NCBI GenBank assembly: GCA_026026165.1 | Contig: JAPEUD010000013.1 | Location: 186,001 to 250,000, forward strand | DNA from: Sarea resinae | Taxonomy: Eukaryota | Length of the DNA: 64,000 nt | Direction of reading: 5' to 3' | Part shown: positions 24,080 to 35,350 of the stretch, one piece after another | How positions within the stretch are numbered: position 1 is the stretch's first letter | How the letters are laid out: each line of letters starts with the position of its first letter | Position numbers and translations under genes: made by a program | Notes under the pieces: generated by a model | Seen by the model: only the letters and a program-made list of their open reading frames with translations | The model's database searches: none | What the model was told of the DNA's origin: nothing

Positions 24080-25354
24080 CTAAGACTTCTTGTGCATAAC
24101 GGTAGCAGCAGCCTTCGAATACCATTAGTGATATTCCACTTGAGGTGATAGAGGCAGTGATTTGAGACTCAAGACGTGGCAAGGGACATGTCTCATAAAG
24201 CACCTGCTCTGTGGGGCAATGGCTGCGCAATATGGGATGAAGAAAGTAGAGGGTCCTTACTTGATGATTGGGAAAAATAAGAGTATCAGCCAAGATGACA
24301 TTTTCCCTCCTACCCGCCGCGAAAACAATGACCTCGGCGATATCATCAGGTGTAAGAGGTTCACAGCCACTGTAAGTCAAGTGTCAGTCTAAATCATACT
24401 ATCGGGCCAGCTGCAATGAAAGCGTACGCATATACGGCATCAGCCTTGGACTTGTCACCATAGAACCGGACAACAGAGAAATTCTACAATCATCATCTCT
24501 TAGCATCACTTCCAACGATCTTGTATTAGCAATCAAACTCACCGTCTCGACTTGGCCAGGGTCAACCTCAATCACTCTTATCCGGGTGGCAATGAGCTCC
24601 TTTCGTAGCGCATCCGTAAAGCTTCTGACTGCGGCTTTCGTCGCACAATAAATGCTTCCGCCTGGGTATGGTTCCCGCCCAGCGATACTTCCCACGTTTA
24701 TAATGTCCCCCTTTCCACCATCTGCTCGTTTGTTAAAGATGGGTAGGATCGCTTGGGTCATGTTGATGAGGCCGGTGACATTGGTGGAAAACATGGTGTT
24801 CATATCTTCTGGGTCGATATCAGGAGCTTTAGCCACCCCCTTGACCAGGCCACTGTCAGAACACAAACGTTTAGTCATTTTTATTCCAATGGGACGTTAA
24901 GGTGCTTGACTTACGCATTGTTGACAAGAACATCAATCTCTTGAAACTCCGCTGGCAAAGAGCTGACAAATTCCTTGACCTCGTTGAGATCGCTCACATC
25001 CAATTTGACTGGCAGCACCTTCACGCCTTCTCCGACTTCCTTTTTGATCTCTTCCGCAATCTCCTTTAAGACATCAATCCTCCGGGCGGTCAACACGAGC
25101 TTGAGGTTCTTCGGCGACGTCTTCGCAAACTCGATCGCTGTGCTACGCCCAATGCCAGATGAAGCCCCAGTGACCAAAACAGTCTTGCCTTCCAGGCGTT
25201 TTGCCATGGCCGATGCCATTGTTCGAGTGATATCTAAACGGCTAGTAACACGCGCTAGACCAGTGGCAGGAGATTTCGGTGGCAGAGAGGCACTGGAAGT
25301 GGCGAATTTGATAAATTTCCTAGATGTCCGGGATAGGTTTCTGGTGGGTAGCAT
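24080..25354 (-). CDS. Classical SDR, YdfG/YMR226C-like NADP-dependent 3-hydroxy-acid (serine) dehydrogenase, multi-exon; downstream in-frame ATG at 25219
   Basis: TGASSGIG cofactor motif, DVLVNNA|G, IINVGSIAG, YCATK catalytic motif, VIEVDPGQVET, PLTPDDIAEVIVF; last exon AAATVMHKKS*. Confidence 0.92.
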
Positions 25355-27535
25355 ACGGGATTTCAGGAAATGCACTTGAAGCTGAATGGATTTGAAATAT
25401 ACATGGAGAGGTATGATGTTCACCTTCGCCTTGATGAAAGTATGAGTGGTAGCCAAGGCCGATTGCGGGGACTTAAAAGAGCTTCCCCACGTAAGGACCC
25501 CACTTGGCCGAGGCAAGCTGCGCTTATTCAGCCCTTGCGTCAAGGACGGGACTCTATTCGCCATGTGTGGAGTAGCAGAGCCGCCATCCCTCTAGGTACG
25601 TGGAAACCCAATGCAAGATGAGATCAATGTAAAGCTATCTGGAAACTCTCAATCACGAGGCTGAAATTATACTGAGCATCTTTGTGGACAGGGTATCGCA
25701 GGATTGAATAATTCTGGCTCTCTGCAATAGTACAACGAAGGCTTCCTCTTTCCCCCTGCTCTTATGATTACCCTCTTCGTCCTTCTTCTGCAATGCCAAT
25801 TGTCTATACATGACAGCAACATCTCTCTCTAGTCCCGCAAGCAGGTCCAACAAAAATACTTATCCTTGATTTTGATCAATGAGAGCACCCAACGACTACA
25901 TCCGGATTTCTATAATTGTCCCTTACTGACTGATCCTAAAATCACGGAAGAAACGATCAAATTGCAAGCGTTCCTCTCTGGTCAATGTCGTTCTCGGGGC
26001 TTCGTTATGACAACAGCGATGGCTCTTGGGATTCATTGTTGATGCACTAGAGTATGATCTCATCGTCACGACTGTTCTGCTCAATCTGATATCGTCTGAT
26101 ATCGTGCCCTCTAATTGACAGTCTTTAAGAGGTTTTAGATCACGAATGAGGGAAGCAAAAAGCTCAGACACCCTTTTGAGTGGTCTTACGAAATCCCATT
26201 TGGAATTATCTCATTGGCAATTGTGGCCAGTAATGAAAGGGGTTCATAACATTATGTCGGAACTTCGTAACAGTAATATATATGCGGGGCCTCTACTTCA
26301 CTTCTCCATCTAGTCTTCAAATACTGCGATGGGTCATGGCGTATGTAAAGGCGTGCGTATATAGGACAATTGCTATTCACATCATATCGAAACCATCAAG
26401 TGCGATAATCATTCATTACTTTGTAGCAATCATGCGTTTATACCATTACGCCATACAACCTTTCGTTATAATGAGTAGTCTTAAACAGGATTATATGGCC
26501 CTTTGCCATTCACAGATGGTTCGAGCGTTCGAATCCCGTGATAACCCCGGAACGTCAACCATTCAAGTTCAGATACCTGAAGCAATAGTCTCTTCAAGGG
26601 TTGCTAAATATCAACGCTTGATTGAACTATTGTACTGCGAGCGTCTCTGAGGTAAGTTGCGAATGTCGAGCAGCGACTCTATAATAATTCTTTGCACTTT
26701 TTGGAGGAGGATATCTCTACCGGAACGCTGTTCAAGGTCACACTCATCTCGCCGATAGACCTCCTCGACCAATTGAGCAAAACAGCCACACGGATCTCGT
26801 GAACCCGACAAGTCAGATTCTTGTATATCGCGATGTTCTCTTAACCTTTTATATCATCTTTCTATCCGCGCTCTCGCATTGAGGACCAGTAGAGGCGCCG
26901 CCAACATACGTCACGAACCTTGAGGCCATCGACCGCTCTCTATCTATCATGCTCTGTGAAGCGGTTGGGCTTGAAACCGACGGGTTCGTATCTTGGGCAC
27001 ACGACCCTTCTTACTACCTTGATATCTGCCCAGAGCCACCACCCGCAGCAACAGCAATGAAAATAACACAACGGCGCCAATCATTACGCCAGAAGCTTAC
27101 GTACAATATCCTTGTTGAGCTGATGGTGCCTTTCAGACTTCGCTCCGCCTTAGTATGCTCTTCTTTTGCTCTTTAAGCAGGGACCCAGTAGTCTACTTAG
27201 ATTGTTCGAGAATTAGTTAGGAGAAGTCGCCAAGTTTCTTACGGCATCAGGTATAAATGTTGTATAGAGGCTATCATGAAGCGCTTTGCTATCGATCAAG
27301 TTATGGTCTCCTGGTGGCATTGGCAGTCACCACCGTTATGATCCCATGCTTCTATGCTATATATATCTACTTACGGCTTGCATTACTCGATCATCATTTT
27401 CATCTCCAAATCCAGATGCGCGCATATATGGAGTACTTCATACCTTTGGAGTGGACCCTTTCATGTTCACGCATATCCCTTGCCTCAGTATACTCAGACC
27501 TCGCTTGGCGGGTGGTCCGCTGCGCACGGACCACT

Positions 27536-27590
27536 ATTGCCTAAATAGGCAATCCACCAGCCAGAGGTCTGAGGCAATTTCTCTAATTTT
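27536..27590 (+). repeat. Left terminal inverted repeat of the transposon
   Basis: AATCCAC (27551-27557), 8 nt, then GGTCTGAGGCAATTT (27566-27580). This is the reverse complement of the right-end blocks with identical spacing. Confidence 0.8.
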
Positions 27591-27699
27591 CTACGTCAGC
27601 AGCGGCTAATTTGTATAGAGTCAGCGATTATTAGCAAGCATTAATTTCAAACCATAAGATATCTGCAACCACAACGCCTATAGCAGTGATAGCTATATT

Positions 27700-30380
27700 A
27701 TCTAAAAGCTACACTTCTGTTCTATAATTAATTACTATATCTGCTTCTAGGACTGATCCTAACGTGCAGAGGAAGCGCTAGCAGACAACGACTATTTCTG
27801 CACTAATATCTGCGCTAACTACGCTATAGACATCCTCTTCTGCATTGCTAACCCTTATATTAGCGCTGTTAGCATCGAATACTAATTAGTCTCTGCTAGA
27901 AGCGTTAGCAGATAAGGTTATACCTAGCAGAATAAGTGCAGAGGCTAAGCTCTACTACATTATCGCTAAGTTGTAGGAGTAGCAGGTGACGCCTTTAACT
28001 CTTATAACGTTCTAGCTAGAACATATAAAGGATAATCGAAACTTCTGCTAAGCTAAGCAAAGGAAAGACCTTGTTAGATTAGTCCTTAGATTTAATAATA
28101 TCAACGATCTTCTGTTAGAAGCAGACAAAGGCCTAGCTGTAGTAATAGACAGCAGTATTAGCCTTATCTGCAGCGAATTAAACCAGCTACAGAATCGTTG
28201 TCAGCTGTTTAGCTAATACAGTAAAGACTTAGACTTTAAGACACTTGATATAACTCGCTCTGCAAGCAACATCTTAGAGATAGCGCCTATATTGTCACAA
28301 CTAATTAGCAGTGCAGCTGAATCGCAGTATGCAGCGAAACATTAGCAGAGGACCTATTTAGCAGACGCTAGACGACTTGTTATAACAGCATCTATATTCT
28401 GTCTTAGCTACGCTAAATCGTCAATGAATTGCTTTGCCTACCTACTAGGATTATATCTATAAGACTCTAGGTTAACACAGCGTGCGCTAAGCACGCTCTA
28501 TAGCCTAGGTCTAGTAGATAGATATCGCATAATAGACATGCAGAAACAGCGGATATTAGATTAGAGCAAGGAACGTGTCCTCTAAACGCTACTGTCAGCT
28601 AGGGCTAACTAAACAAAGGCAGATATCCGCTCAGCTGCGCAGACGTAGGACTACACTATTGTATATAACAACTTTAAATAGCACGCAAAAACACAGCATT
28701 AAACAGTTAGTTATACTAGAACGCTCTACTTATACACTACTAGAAAACTCCTACACAGACGATGTTTACTAAGCAGAGGACTAACGCAGGACATGTTCTA
28801 CCCTAATGTTTGTGCTAATATAATAACTCTTCTAGAAGCAGACAGAAATCAAGTCGATAAAACGCAGGCGCAGATATTAACGCATTTAGTTGCTAGTGCT
28901 ATTTGCACAGCATGTCTAGACATTGTTGATGCTATATTCGCAGCAGATATTAATGCTTTCCTGCAAATGCCAGCTGTTAACGTTCTTCTGCCCTTGCAAA
29001 CAAAGCATATAACCCTTAGACTAATCACTAAATCTAAGGGCTCTGTAGCAGGCACATATTAGGTGTTAGACAACATCTTTGCTAGCCAACTAGGGAAGGA
29101 TACAGTCGACTTTAAAAACAAGTTAGTGTTAGTATTTAGTGACTAGAAAACAACAGCGCTGATCCGCTCTTATTAGCTTAAGCGATTAGAGGCAGCAGAT
29201 GTATATAATCGACTTAATTAGATATTATCAGTACCTAGCCTCTTTCACTTGCAGATAAACCTGCTAGCATTGATTGTCAGATCGCACTACAGCAGACAGA
29301 GCAGTCTCAACTAATACTTGACGTTATATTCGCATATAAATTACCTTAGTTGTTAGAATATACCCGCGGATAAAGCGCTGTTTCACTACTAGCAAGAGCT
29401 TGTTCAACATAGCTTTTAGGCCAGAATAGTTGCACTATTTATATCACAACTATCTGTTTTATATAGACAATAGAGTAAAGGCTGACTAGATAAGATGCTC
29501 TGCAAAATGACTCCTACAAACTTTCTTGCTTAGGTAGAGAATATCTGCAAAACTGTCTTCTTTGCTGCTAGCTATTAGGAGTTAGCTTAATACAAGAAGG
29601 ATATACATAGTAGAGATAGAGACATAGCAGGTGCTAGTCGAAAGCAGAATCATAAGCAGCAGCATCTCCTGCATAATTCTAAGTATTTTAATCACATCTG
29701 CTTTCTGCACTATATAGAAACATACTTGACCTTAAGGCATGCTATTAAATTCGCTGATATTAGTTTGCTCTGCCGCGCGATTACCTGCAGCTGTCTGTAT
29801 TTCAGCAGAAGTGGTTTGCATAACTATTTGCAAAAGATAATCTGATTTTAGCAGCTGATATTAACGCTAACGTGTGATCTGTGTCTGCAGGAGGCTATAC
29901 TTGCAAATAGTCTTGTCAGCAACCACAACAAACTAGGTGCCTTTATAGAAGTCGATCAGATAAACAAGCTGTTAAATCTAGAATTAAAGACTATCTTGCA
30001 GACTAAGGGCAATTTAACGTTTGATGTGACAGCTTTATTCAAATAGTTAGTGCTGCTGACTAGCTATCTTACTCTGCTCTGTGCTAAGTTTGAGTTTGCA
30101 TTTAGCAAGCAGACAAACACTTCTTATACCGACAAATCCGCTGCTGCAGATATTAGGAGTCTTGCAGATATTATTGCCTAAGACTCTATAATCCGCCGCG
30201 AGGATAGGATGTCTGCATATATAGCTCTAGGATTGTTGCAATTAGGTGTTATGCGACTAGCTTAGAAGGGGCTGCCTACGCTTGCTAGCAGATATATAGA
30301 TCTAGATAAGGAGGGTATTTCTAATATAGACTAACAGATAGTAGAGGCGTTAGTAGGCCTTGATGTGAGTATATCTTAGC
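27700..30380 (+). pseudogene. Academ/DUF6589-type transposase, RIP-mutated (ends approximate)
   Basis: Motifs read through the mutations: IVY(N>D)NF near 28660; VF(S>G)D(*>Q)KT at 29138; VP(S>G)LFHLQ(I>M)NLL at 29231; ILANSLVSN...FIEVDQIN(K>E)LLNLELK near 29900-29990. The last three share one frame and match the GDQxT / GLFH / DxxxExxN pattern. Confidence 0.78.
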
Positions 30381-30558
30381 GGCTTTATTGTGATTTGTAT
30401 AATAGCTGACTTTATTGTAGGCACTAGATACCTAATTAGTATAGCGGACAAACGCACGATTATACTACTTCCTAGTCATATACTAAATCATGATTGCAAT
30501 TTGATTCTATCTACTATTGTGTGCCTAACTAGCCAGCTATTAGCTTAGCCACGTTAGA

Positions 30559-32117
30559 CTAACAGCCTATGCAGCGGATAATGTTTAGGATCTTAAGGAT
30601 GTCACCTGCTATGCACGACTGCCCTGCTCTTAGATCTGTAATGTCTGCTTGTAAATCAGCTATCAAGTCATTGCTAACAGCGGCTACAGCGGCAGAAGGT
30701 CCTGCAGACGCAGAAGAAGGTGCTGTTGCAGCGACAGTATGTCTTGCAGACGCGGACAAAGCGGCTGGCTAATAAGAAGGACGTTAGCAGGGCTAGGTTT
30801 CAGCAAGAGGTGAGTCGCTAGCTGTGTCTTTATCTAGGTCATTATTATTAACAGCTTCCTTAGTCTTCTGTTGCTAAACAATTCGTTAGCTAACCTAGTC
30901 TAATATACATATGCATTAAACATACTTTCTATAGCCTTTTGCCACTGTCTAACGCATTATTCTTGCGCTTTTTACCTTTGTTAAGACGCGAAGAGGTGCA
31001 GACAGCCTTCTTAATATGTCAGCTATAGCAGATATTCACTATAACATACCACTGCTATAGCGGATATAGCAGATAGATATACTAGAGGAGTATTATTATC
31101 ATTTGCATTGATTACACACGGTTTTCCAGCCTAGCGACACCCTGCGCAACTGTCTCCTAGCTTAACTATATGCTTCTTAACTTCTTAGCAGTAGACCTTG
31201 CAAGGGATGCCTTTTTCGACACATTGTTTGCACTTGTAGGTTAGCTCTATGCCCTAGTATAGGTCGTTGAATATCAAATCAGCATAGGCATAGGCTTTCT
31301 AGCGAGTCTCCTTTAGCCTATTCTAAACAGCGTCTAAACACGTCAGCTAGTCTAGTTCGGTTAGACGTGCAATAAACCACTGTTTATTATAAAATCAGCA
31401 TTGCATACAGTTCTCTGCAGCGGCAGATAATTAGGCCGCGGCGGCAGACAGGCTAGCGGCAGACAGGTTAGCGGCAGACAGGTTAGCAGCAGACAGGTTA
31501 GCAGCAGACAGTTAGGCAGCGGCAGACAATTAGGCGATAGCGGCAGACAGCTTATCTTCGAACAATTTCAAAGCTTTAGCATTGTTATTATCCTCTAAGA
31601 CAAACCCTAAAGACTAGTCTAACGCATACTCTGCTATCCCTTTACCTTTGTCCTTTAGCCCTGTATCTGAGTTATCTTTATCTAATGATTTGTCTGCTAA
31701 CCCTTTACCTTTATCCTTTAGTGGCGCTATACCTAATTCACCTTTGTTAGAGGGTTTGTCTGCTGCCGCCCTTTTAGTATATTGTTTAATTTCTGCACGT
31801 GGCAGCAGGCAGATTAGGAAGGGATATTCCGACTAATACTTGATTGCAGGGGCGGCAGACGACTCAGCAGGGGCAGCAGACAAAACAGCAGCAGCAGACA
31901 AGACAGCAGCAGCAGCAGATAAGACAGTAGCAGCAGCAGAGACAGCAGCGGCGGCAGACTCAGCAGCGGCAGCAGACTTAGTCCTAATTAGAAGTCAGTT
32001 ATCATATCTAATATAATAAAGAAAAGTTTGAGATTAGGTTAGTTAAACAGTTAAAACTTACATGACTAATATTAAGGTTTCCTCTCTAATCAGACGAAAG
32101 TCATTAGCAGCTGACAT
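30559..32117 (-). pseudogene. RIP-mutated gene for a low-complexity protein with a Zn2Cys6-like cluster (third gene of the element)
   Basis: ATG at 32117 (MSAANDFRLIREE), a GTAAGT..CTAAC..TAG intron ~32008-32061, Ala/Ser-rich repeats, then CKQC-VEKGIP-C-x17-CAGC-R*AGKP-C at 31232-31116, and a C-terminal amphipathic helix LIADLQADITDLRAGQ. Confidence 0.6.
31441..31515. repeat. 15-bp tandem repeat GCGGCAGACAGGTTA (~5 units) inside the element; related GCRGCAGAC units at ~31850-31980
   Basis: Units start at 31441, 31456, 31471, 31486 and 31501. They differ mainly by G>A or C>T changes. Confidence 0.9.
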
Positions 32118-32436
32118 ACTATAAAGTTGCTAGTAAGAGGTTAGAGTTAGTTAGAAGTGTCAACTTACACTAGCCTTAAAGCACCTTTAGTACTATTCGC
32201 AACGTTCGACAGATATTGCTCTAATACACTGTTCTTAGCGAAGTCATCAGCTATAATAATAGCAAGGATGATATAGATATTAGTTATTAATAATTGACAG
32301 GCTGTAGCAGAGTTATTAAACAAAAGAGGTGCGATATTAACGATGTTAATAAGGTCGATAAGGTGATAAGGTTGATGATATTTGCAGGTCAGCTACACAA
32401 AGAAGTAGTTCTTTATTCGAACAAAGAAATCGCTAG

Positions 32437-34960
32437 TCAACTATTCACTCGATTTATTAGGCGTACTCGTTTGCTAGATGCAGAAGTTGACAGCAGGTAG
32501 AGGTGAGTATTTATATCTACCTTAGCTAGAGGCTGACGTCTCTTATATAATCTATTAGGTGTGTCTAACAGAGTGTCAACTTGTGGTATGTGACGCAGAT
32601 TAATGACAGGTGGCAAATCAGCTGGCTGACTAGATATATTAGATGCAGATAATAAGGACAAGTTAGCTACAGCTAGCATTAAGGCCGCAGGTTGCATAGT
32701 TAAATCCTCTACGCATATACAGGCTAACAACGCACTTAATTCAGACTAGCTAAGATCACTACCAGCCTATTCTGCACATCTTAGCAACGAACCTACATTA
32801 TAAATACTAGTCTTCTAAACGCATATCCGCTGTATAACGTCCTCTAATATTGTACATCCTGCTACAAGGACCTAGGTCATATCCTTGTACTTTGTCTGCG
32901 TCTGCTCTAACATCTACTGCTTGATCTAAACAGCTATATGTTTGTTAGGGTAGCTGGATCGCGGCGTAATACCTGAGTTCAGCGGTCAAAAGTATAGCTT
33001 CCTAGATAAAACTAGCTCTAGGTTGCAGTTCAAACAGCAACGTCTGCGCAGAACAGGTTCCTTAGTGTTTTCGTCTGCTAGCTGCTTATTAAACGCCTGC
33101 ATAAATATTGCCTACAAGCAGCCTTTCTCCTCGTTCGCAAAATTGTATAGCAGAGGAGGAAGCTCTGCTCGCTGTTTGTATACATCTTTATGCTTGACTT
33201 TCACAGGCTAAGGACCTATTTCAGCTGGTACAGCAATATGCAACCCCTCTAGACTTAGCTCTTGCATTATCCGCCGTTCAATATCTGTGTCAGCCGCGTT
33301 GTCATCTAATAATACAACAAAGGAGACAGCAGAATCAACACTTATACTGTCAGAGTCTGCGCTTTTATATGCCTGCTCTTGACTTAATAGACTTAGCTAA
33401 GACAAGGAAGTTGATGTCTGCACAGCAGATATCTGTGTGCTAGATATCTGCGATCTTAACTGCTAGCTATTATCACTACTTGCTTGCCTTGCCCTAGTCT
33501 GCACCCTAGGACCTTTACACTACTTATTGATAAAGAAAATTGCCTCTCCTTTCTGACTAGCACCTTATGCTGCCTGACTAAATCGTTGCTATACTAAGCT
33601 TAGAAGGCGATCACAAAAGATGCTAAGATAAACCACCTGCTTAATATCTGCAACGTCTGCACCCTAGGCAACTGCATCTGAACAGAGCAACACTCTTATT
33701 CTTAACTGCAGCTGTGAAAACTCCGCCTATATCTGCTCTTTGTCTTGCTCTGCAAGGGTAGCGTAGTACACATTAACTGTGTGCATTGCTAACCGCGCTA
33801 AATATCTGTAGTCCCTTAGCTACTAACAGACCTTGTTGCAGGCTTCTGCAAGCTGCTGTTTACTGTTAATAAATATCGCTGTCTTTAGGATCCGCTGCAG
33901 AGTTAGACAGTAACGTCGTTTAGTATAGCTACTATTAGCAGATAGCACAGGCGTCTTAGATTCTATAGCTAGCGCGGCTGATGCAAGAGATTCTAGCCTA
34001 ACCGCGGCAGATGTTCTAATGTTCGCGGATATAGTTAGCTAGGACCTAGCTATATCTGCAGTGTCCTTAGCACAGCCCTTAATAACAAAGTATAGGCAGT
34101 CAAATAACTTCTTATTACCGCGGCAGATATATTCGCAGATAATAGCCAGCTCTAGTCGATCAATTAAGGTGCAGATCAATTTGACATTGTTATTAAAGCA
34201 AGCAAGCTAGTATACCTCTGCAAAGGTGTTGTTATCTAGTGTTGCAGTGCAAGCAAACTAGGGCTTGTTTCCTAGAAATCTGCAGAGGATACTAAGCTTA
34301 GCATAGGAGCTGCAAAAGGAGGACTAGTTTGAAATTAGATAAACCTTATCTAGCACTACAAGCGCTATCCGCTCCTGCAATTGTATGTCTTTCTATATCT
34401 GCTTGAAATTTGTGCTAACTGCAAGCTCTAGCGAGATTAGGATGTGTGTATATTTGCAATTGCAGATATCCTTAAGGAGTTAGTTGTTATTGTTCTAACC
34501 TGTTATATAAACAGGCTTTATACCTGTAAGCTCCTTTATCTGCATAGTCTGCTTATCTCTAATCTTGTTTAGCAGAAGAATAACAACAACAATAGCGTTG
34601 CAGACTAGACACAGAATTGACTGCATAATTATACTCTTGCTAAACGAAGTTTTAGCAACTAGAAAGAGATCTTTCTTAGTGTATATCAGCTAGCAGAGCG
34701 CCTGCAGCTGACCTATCCTTCTGCTATATAGGTATATCGCGCAGATAATCGCATTAATCGCTGCGAGCTGTGCCTGTTTGTCTGCATAGTAGAGCTCTTA
34801 AAGTCTGTCTTGCAGGGCCTATATTTAACGCTCTTTATCTGTAGTAAGGTTGCTATATGCTATTGCTTCTGCTTGCAAACGTTCTTTATCTGCAGAGGGT
34901 AGCTGCAGTAGGCAGACATATTTGCCCTAGTTAGAGCGTCTTCTTTAAGGTATCTAGCAA
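32437..34960 (-). pseudogene. RecQ-like superfamily 2 helicase, RIP-mutated (ends approximate)
   Basis: Motif I DLFLVAKTSF(S>G)KS ~34665-34633; Ia IVVVIL(L>P)LNKI; YTHILIS(L>P)EL; II VVLD(K>E)V(Y>H)LISN(*>W) ~34350, then SF(C>R)SSYAKL; III FACTATLD; IV KTAIFINSK; V RVLLCSDAVALGADVADI ~33700-33650; VI QRF(S>G)(Q>R)AA(*>R)G ~33590-33562. Confidence 0.85.
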
Positions 34961-35289
34961 ATATAAGTGATCTAATAAGGAGACTATAGCTTTTTCTAAC
35001 CTTATATAATTCCCTAAAGTCGTCACAGCTGATATAGTGCAGGCGTTGTTGTGATATTAAGGTGGAAATAATTGTCCTATAGTAAATCTACTGCTTATTA
35101 GTGCAAACAGTTATTTTCACTTTAAGGCATAAGATAATCTAATCAACTGCACCTGTTACAATACAATTAGGACTATTCGATAGCCCTGTTAAAACTGTAT
35201 AGATAATTAGATTTCTATAGCTGCAGCAGATGTGGTTGTAGATATATGCTGATAAACTTATTTGCTATGCAGATGAAAAATCTGGTTTT

Positions 35290-35350
35290 GCCGCAAATTT
35301 TCAGAAAAATTGCCTCAGACCACATTTTCGTGGATTACCCTTTCGGGAAT
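35290..35350 (-). repeat. Right terminal inverted repeat of the transposon
   Basis: AAATTGCCTCAGACC (35307-35321), 8 nt, then GTGGATT (35330-35336). Coincides with the end of the TpA-rich tract. Confidence 0.8.

Noticed and set aside
24020..24082. Possible stop-codon readthrough (TAG CTG) adding a peroxisomal signal to the SDR
   Set aside because: The readthrough extension ends ..WQYV*, which is not a PTS1.
31419..31980. Short direct repeats considered as a CRISPR-like array
   Set aside because: Eukaryotic context, no unique spacers, and the units are coding minisatellites within the transposon gene.
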